A stretch of 64,000 nucleotides of DNA, taken from contig CAKPJX010000003.1 in assembly GCA_934163035.1 (NCBI GenBank), forward strand, positions 3,992 through 67,991, written 5' to 3'. Under the pieces are notes generated by a model. The model was given only the letters and a program-made list of their open reading frames with translations. It was not told the DNA's origin and made no database searches. A program made the position numbers and the translations under genes. Origin of the DNA: an uncultured Bacilli bacterium. GTDB taxonomy: Bacteria > Bacillota_I > Bacilli_A > RF39 > UBA660. Positions 59,643 through 64,000 of the stretch are shown one piece after another. Each line of letters starts with the position of its first letter. The stretch's first letter is position 1.

Positions 59643-60995
59643 ATGGAAGACACAATAGTAGCCATTTCAACTGCGGTAGCAACAGGAGCCATATCGATTA
59701 TAAGACTAAGTGGAAATGAAGCAATTAAAATAGTAAATAAATGCTTTAAAGGTAAAGATTTAACGAAGGTTTCATCTCATACTATAAATTATGGTTATAT
59801 CATAGATGACAATGAAGTAATAGATGAAGTGTTAGTTTCAATAATGAAAAAGCCCAAAACATTTACAACAGAAGATGTAGTAGAAATAAATTGCCATGGA
59901 GGAATAACTACAACAAATAGAATACTAGAAACAATGCTAAATAATGGAGCCAGATTAGCTGAACCCGGTGAATTCACTAAGAGAGCTTTCTTAAATGGAA
60001 GAATAGACTTAATAGAAAGTGAATCAATAATGGATATAGTTAACAGTAAAAGTGAAGAAGCTAGAAAAATGGCTTTATCAGGAGTAGAAGGAAAAATATC
60101 AACACTAGTAACAAACTTTAGAGAGTCCCTAAAACAATTACTATCATCGATAGAAGTTAATATTGATTATCCAGAATACTATGATATTGAAGTAGTAACC
60201 AGAAACGATATAGCAAAAAATATAAGCACAATGAAAGAAAAACTATCTATTTTAATTAATGAATCAAAAGATGCAAATATAATAAAAAATGGAATAAAGA
60301 CCATTATCATAGGAAAACCAAATGTTGGTAAAAGCAGTATTCTAAATAAACTATTACAACAAGAAAAAGCCATAGTAACAGATATTCCAGGAACAACAAG
60401 AGATATAGTAGAAGGTGAAATATATCTAGATGGAATTCTGCTAAACATCATAGATACTGCTGGTATTAGAAAAACAGAAGATGTAGTAGAAAAAATAGGT
60501 GTTGAAAAAAGTCTTTCCCTAATAGATGAAGCTGATCTTGTAATAGTAGTTTTAAATAATAATTCTGAATTATCAGATGAAGATAAAATTATATTAGAAA
60601 AAACAAAAAATACTCAAAGAATAATTGTTGTAAATAAAACAGATTTAGAAAACAAATTACAAATTTCAGATAAATTAGACAACATTGTTAGAACTACAAC
60701 AGCAACAAGAGAAGGAATCGAACCATTAAGAAAAAAAATAAAGGAGTTATTTAATACAGATAAATTAAAAACAAAGGATTATACTTATTTAAGTTCAAGT
60801 AGACAAATATCCTTAGCCAAACGTGCATATCAAAGTTTAATCTCAGCCGAAGAAGCACTTAAAAATGATATGCCAATAGATATGATTGAAATAGACTTAA
60901 AAGAATGTTTTGAACTGCTAGGTGAAATAATAGGTATAACATATAGTGATGAAATAATAGATAATTTATTTAAAAATTTCTGTGTTGGAAAATAA
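59643..60995 (+). CDS. mnmE: tRNA modification GTPase MnmE
   Basis: ORF track. G1 GKPNVGKSS, DTAGIR, NKTD and a C-terminal FCVGK. Confidence 0.96.
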   Translation: MEDTIVAISTAVATGAISIIRLSGNEAIKIVNKCFKGKDLTKVSSHTINYGYIIDDNEVIDEVLVSIMKKPKTFTTEDVVEINCHGGITTTNRILETMLNNGARLAEPGEFTKRAFLNGRIDLIESESIMDIVNSKSEEARKMALSGVEGKISTLVTNFRESLKQLLSSIEVNIDYPEYYDIEVVTRNDIAKNISTMKEKLSILINESKDANIIKNGIKTIIIGKPNVGKSSILNKLLQQEKAIVTDIPGTTRDIVEGEIYLDGILLNIIDTAGIRKTEDVVEKIGVEKSLSLIDEADLVIVVLNNNSELSDEDKIILEKTKNTQRIIVVNKTDLENKLQISDKLDNIVRTTTATREGIEPLRKKIKELFNTDKLKTKDYTYLSSSRQISLAKRAYQSLISAEEALKNDMPIDMIEIDLKECFELLGEIIGITYSDEIIDNLFKNFCVGK

Positions 60996-61024
60996 TAGTC
61001 TAAAGCAAAAAAGAAGGTGAAAAA

Positions 61025-62887
61025 ATGGAATATGAAATTATAGTAGTAGGTGGAGGCCATGCAGGGTGTGAAGCTGCTTTAGCAAGTGCCAGAAAAAATC
61101 ATAAGACTCTATTAATAACAGGTAATATAAATAATATAGCCGACATGCCATGTAATCCATCAATAGGTGGTCCAGCTAAAGGTATTGTTGTAAGAGAAAT
61201 AGATGCTCTAGGTGGTGAAATGGCAAAAATAGCAGATAAAGCTACACTTCAAATTAAAATGTTAAATACAAAAAAGGGACCAGCCGTACAAGCATTAAGA
61301 GCACAAATTGACAAAATAGTATATCCAAAAGAAATGTTACAAGTACTTCAAGATGAAAAAAATCTAGATATAAAAGAAGCTATGGTAGAAAACTTAATTA
61401 CAGAAGATAATAAAATAAAAGGTGTGGTTTTAGAAGATAGTACAAAAATACTTTCGAAAGCCGTAATATTAACAACAGGAACATATTTAAGAGCAGTTAT
61501 ATTAAGAGGTTCTGAAAAAAATTCTGGTGGGCCTCATGGAGAAAAAGAATCCAAAGATTTAAGTAATAAATTAAAAGAATTAGGTTTTAAAATATTGAGA
61601 CTAAAAACAGGAACTCCTCCAAGAGTTGCTAAAGACTCGATAGATTATACAAAAACTAAATTAGAAACAGGGGATGAAGAAATAAGAACATTCTCCTACG
61701 ATAATAAATCATACTACGATGTATCAAATCAAATTCCATGTCACTTAATCTATACAACTCCAACAACTCATGAAATAATAAAAAATCATCTAAAAGAATC
61801 AAGTATGTATGGAGGTTACGTAGAAGGAGTAGGTCCAAGATATTGCCCATCAATAGAAGATAAAATAGTAAGATTCAGTGATAAAGAACGCCATCAACTT
61901 TTTTTAGAACCAGAAAGCATATATTATGATGATATTTATATTCAAGGCTTTTCAACTAGTATGCCAAGAAATATTCAAGAACTAATGGTTCATTCTTTAC
62001 CAGGTTTAGAAAATGCTAAAATATTGAAATATGCTTATGCAATAGAGTATGATGCTATAGATCCAACACAATTAAAGCAATCATTAGAAACTAAATTAAT
62101 ATCTGGACTATATACAGCAGGACAAATTAATGGAACAAGTGGATATGAAGAGGCTGCAGGTCAAGGTTTAATAGCTGGAATAAACGCTGCATTAAAGCTA
62201 GAAAATAAAGAACCATTAGTTTTAAAAAGAAATGAATCATATATAGGTGTATTAATAGATGACTTAGTAACAAAAGGAATAAAGGACCCATATCGTTTAT
62301 TAACTTCCAGAGCAGAGTATAGACTATTATTAAGAAACGATAATGCCGATATAAGATTAACTAAATATGGATACGAAATAGGACTAGTAAATGAAAAAAA
62401 ATATAAAAATTTTGAATTAAAATTAGCCAACATAAAAGAATTGGAAGAATTATTAAAGAATACTAGAATAACACCACAACCAGAAATAAATAAATATATA
62501 GAATCAATAAATTCAACTCCATTAAAAGATGGAATCTCATTATATGAATTACTAAAACGCCCAGAAATAAATATTGAGCAATTAAAAAGATTTGTAGAAT
62601 TAAATTATACCAAAGAAGAACAAGAGCAAGTGGAAATAAATGCTAAATATGAAGGATATATCAAAAAAGCAGTAAAAGAAGCTGAAAAAATGCTTTCTTT
62701 AGAAAAAAAACAAATTCCAGACACAATAGATTATGCTAAAGTGCCTAATCTAGCAAGTGAAGCACGTCAAAAATTAACTGAAATTAAGCCTACAACAATA
62801 GGCCAAGCTTCAAGAATCAGTGGTGTAAACCCATCTGATATATCAATATTAATGGTATATTTAAAAAGGAATGGTCAGAATGGATAG
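61025..62887 (+). CDS. mnmG: tRNA uridine 5-carboxymethylaminomethyl modification enzyme MnmG
   Basis: ORF track. FAD motif [35 protein letters not shown]. Confidence 0.97.
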   Translation: MEYEIIVVGGGHAGCEAALASARKNHKTLLITGNINNIADMPCNPSIGGPAKGIVVREIDALGGEMAKIADKATLQIKMLNTKKGPAVQALRAQIDKIVYPKEMLQVLQDEKNLDIKEAMVENLITEDNKIKGVVLEDSTKILSKAVILTTGTYLRAVILRGSEKNSGGPHGEKESKDLSNKLKELGFKILRLKTGTPPRVAKDSIDYTKTKLETGDEEIRTFSYDNKSYYDVSNQIPCHLIYTTPTTHEIIKNHLKESSMYGGYVEGVGPRYCPSIEDKIVRFSDKERHQLFLEPESIYYDDIYIQGFSTSMPRNIQELMVHSLPGLENAKILKYAYAIEYDAIDPTQLKQSLETKLISGLYTAGQINGTSGYEEAAGQGLIAGINAALKLENKEPLVLKRNESYIGVLIDDLVTKGIKDPYRLLTSRAEYRLLLRNDNADIRLTKYGYEIGLVNEKKYKNFELKLANIKELEELLKNTRITPQPEINKYIESINSTPLKDGISLYELLKRPEINIEQLKRFVELNYTKEEQEQVEINAKYEGYIKKAVKEAEKMLSLEKKQIPDTIDYAKVPNLASEARQKLTEIKPTTIGQASRISGVNPSDISILMVYLKRNGQNG

Positions 62888-63518
62888 AGAACAGTTTATA
62901 AATGAATTAGCCAAAATAAATGTATTTTTAAATGAAAATCAACTTTCTCAATTAGAAGAATACTATGAACTTTTATTAGAGTGGAATAAAAAAATTAATC
63001 TAACACGAATAACAGAAAAAAAAGAAGTGTATTTAAAACACTTTTATGACAGTTTATCTGTAGTTAAAGCAGTGGATTTAGAAAAACAAGAAAAGTTATG
63101 TGATGTGGGTAGTGGAGCTGGTTTCCCTGGTATAGTTTTAAAAATTGCTTATCCACACTTAAAAATAAAGCTAATAGATTCAAAAAACAAGCGAGTAATT
63201 TACTTAAATGAAATAATAAAAGAATTAGGATTAAAAGATATTGAAGCAATTCATGTAAGATCAGAAGAGTATAATGAAAAGTTTGATGTAGTAACAGTAA
63301 GAGCAGTTGCTTCACTAGATAAGCTAATTATATGGTGTAGCCATTTACTAAAAAAAGAAGGTAAATTAATAGCTATGAAAGCAAATATTGATAATGAACT
63401 GGAAGCATCAAAAAAAATATTAAAAAAATATAATTGTAATATATCTAATATTATAAATTTCCATCTGCCACTAGAAAATAGTCTAAGAAATCTTGTTATT
63501 ATAGAGAATGTAAAATAG
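62880..63518 (+). CDS. rsmG: 16S rRNA (guanine527-N7)-methyltransferase
   Basis: ORF track 62871..63518. NLTRI, HFYDSL and [10 protein letters not shown] motifs. ATG at 62880 has better spacing to AAGGA than the ATG at 62871. Confidence 0.93.
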   Translation: MDREQFINELAKINVFLNENQLSQLEEYYELLLEWNKKINLTRITEKKEVYLKHFYDSLSVVKAVDLEKQEKLCDVGSGAGFPGIVLKIAYPHLKIKLIDSKNKRVIYLNEIIKELGLKDIEAIHVRSEEYNEKFDVVTVRAVASLDKLIIWCSHLLKKEGKLIAMKANIDNELEASKKILKKYNCNISNIINFHLPLENSLRNLVIIENVK

Positions 63519-63613
63519 ACACTTCAGTGCTAAAACAATGCTAAAACAATTCGTATTATAAATTTACATTTATATATATATATGATACACTTGAGCTAAT
63601 GAGGAGGAAAATT

Positions 63614-64000
63614 ATGGAAGAAGGAAAGAAAAAGAATAATACAGCTTTAATAATTTTAGTTGTACTGTTAATGGTAGTTTGTTTAGGTATGGGAGGCTAC
63701 ATTTTTATTAGCAAAGATAATAAATCAACTAATTTTGAAAAAACTAATAATGATGCAAACCGTGTTCAAAGTAATAATACCCAAAATAACACAACTAAAA
63801 ATACAAATGCTGAAAACTCAGTAAAAAACAATATAATAATATTTGATGGTTCAAAATCTTTAAATAGCTCTGAAAAAAGTTATACATTATCTTGTCAAGG
63901 AAATGCAGGTATTTGGATTAATGCCACACAAAAAGAGCTAACATTTAGTTTTACGCCTTCAAAAGTAGTTCAATTTTATCAGCTAAATTGGACTAGTAGC
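63614..64000 (+). CDS. Hypothetical N-terminally membrane-anchored, Asn/Thr-rich protein (5' part; runs off the window)
   Basis: Manual translation from ATG 63614, 5 nt after GAGGAGG, gives [82 protein letters not shown]... The frame stays open to the window end. Confidence 0.6.
   Translation, partial: MEEGKKKNNTALIILVVLLMVVCLGMGGYIFISKDNKSTNFEKTNNDANRVQSNNTQNNTTKNTNAENSVKNNIIIFDGSKSLNSSEKSYTLSCQGNAGIWINATQKELTFSFTPSKVVQFYQLNWTSS

Noticed and set aside
63529-63552. Tandem duplication GCTAAAACAAT GCTAAAACAAT just after rsmG.
   Set aside because: There are only two copies of an 11-mer with no associated structure or gene. It is most likely a trivial slippage duplication.
1-64000. Mollicute-type genetic code (TGA = Trp), considered because of the very low GC content and short SRP RNA.
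   Set aside because: All large conserved genes are full-length uninterrupted ORFs under the standard code, and Trp positions that I checked use TGG.
1-64000. Prophage, integrative element, defence island or toxin-antitoxin modules.
   Set aside because: I recognised no integrase, transposase, recombinase, restriction-modification, Cas, abortive-infection or phage structural genes. The only non-core insertions are the SipW cassette, the ComK-like gene and a few orphans.

Overview
This window is the replication-origin neighbourhood of a very AT-rich Bacillota (Firmicutes) chromosome. The lineage sporulates or once did: spoVT, spoVG, yabP, yabQ, yabG, veg and a bofA-like gene are all present. 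Standard genetic code. Gene order is a condensed version of the Bacillus subtilis ori region. On the minus strand: rpoC(partial)-rpoB-ybxB-like-rplL-rplJ-rplA-rplK-nusG-secE-[orphan]-sigH-rlmB-mrnC-cysS-clpC-[membrane fusion]-lysS-RDD-dusB-mscL-ftsH-tilS-divIC-yabQ-yabP-spoVG-veg-yabG-rsmA-[SipW + 3 paralogues]-tatD-metG(T-box)-spoVT-[orphan]-mfd-pth-rsmI-yabB-like-ricT-holB-bofA-like-recR-ybaB-dnaX-tadA-SRP RNA-[1.4 kb gene-free island]-gyrA-gyrB-recF-comK-like-dnaN-dnaA. Gene orientation then switches at oriC (DnaA-box clusters on both sides of dnaA). On the plus strand follow rpmH-rnpA-yidC-jag-mnmE-mnmG-rsmG and a partial membrane-anchored orphan. I saw no transposase, integrase, phage, CRISPR, rRNA or tRNA genes. 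The most interesting signal is non-coding. The 1.38 kb gene-free island between tadA/SRP RNA and gyrA carries three perfect ParB-type parS palindromes (TGTTCCACGTGGAACA). These are bracketed and followed by three perfect Noc-binding-site-type palindromes (TATTTCCCGGGAAATA), and a fourth perfect Noc-type site lies in frame inside dnaX. This looks like a dedicated centromere / nucleoid-occlusion hub about 8-10 kb from oriC. No noc-soj-spo0J genes are visible at their canonical place after rsmG within the window. Secondary items are: a SipW signal peptidase with three paralogous secreted proteins inserted between tatD and rsmA; a ComK-family gene in the dnaN-recF slot; a tail-anchored pseudokinase-like orphan after sigH; and a YfcC-like transporter fusion. 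Coordinates of short motifs were counted by hand and may be off by 1-2 nt.
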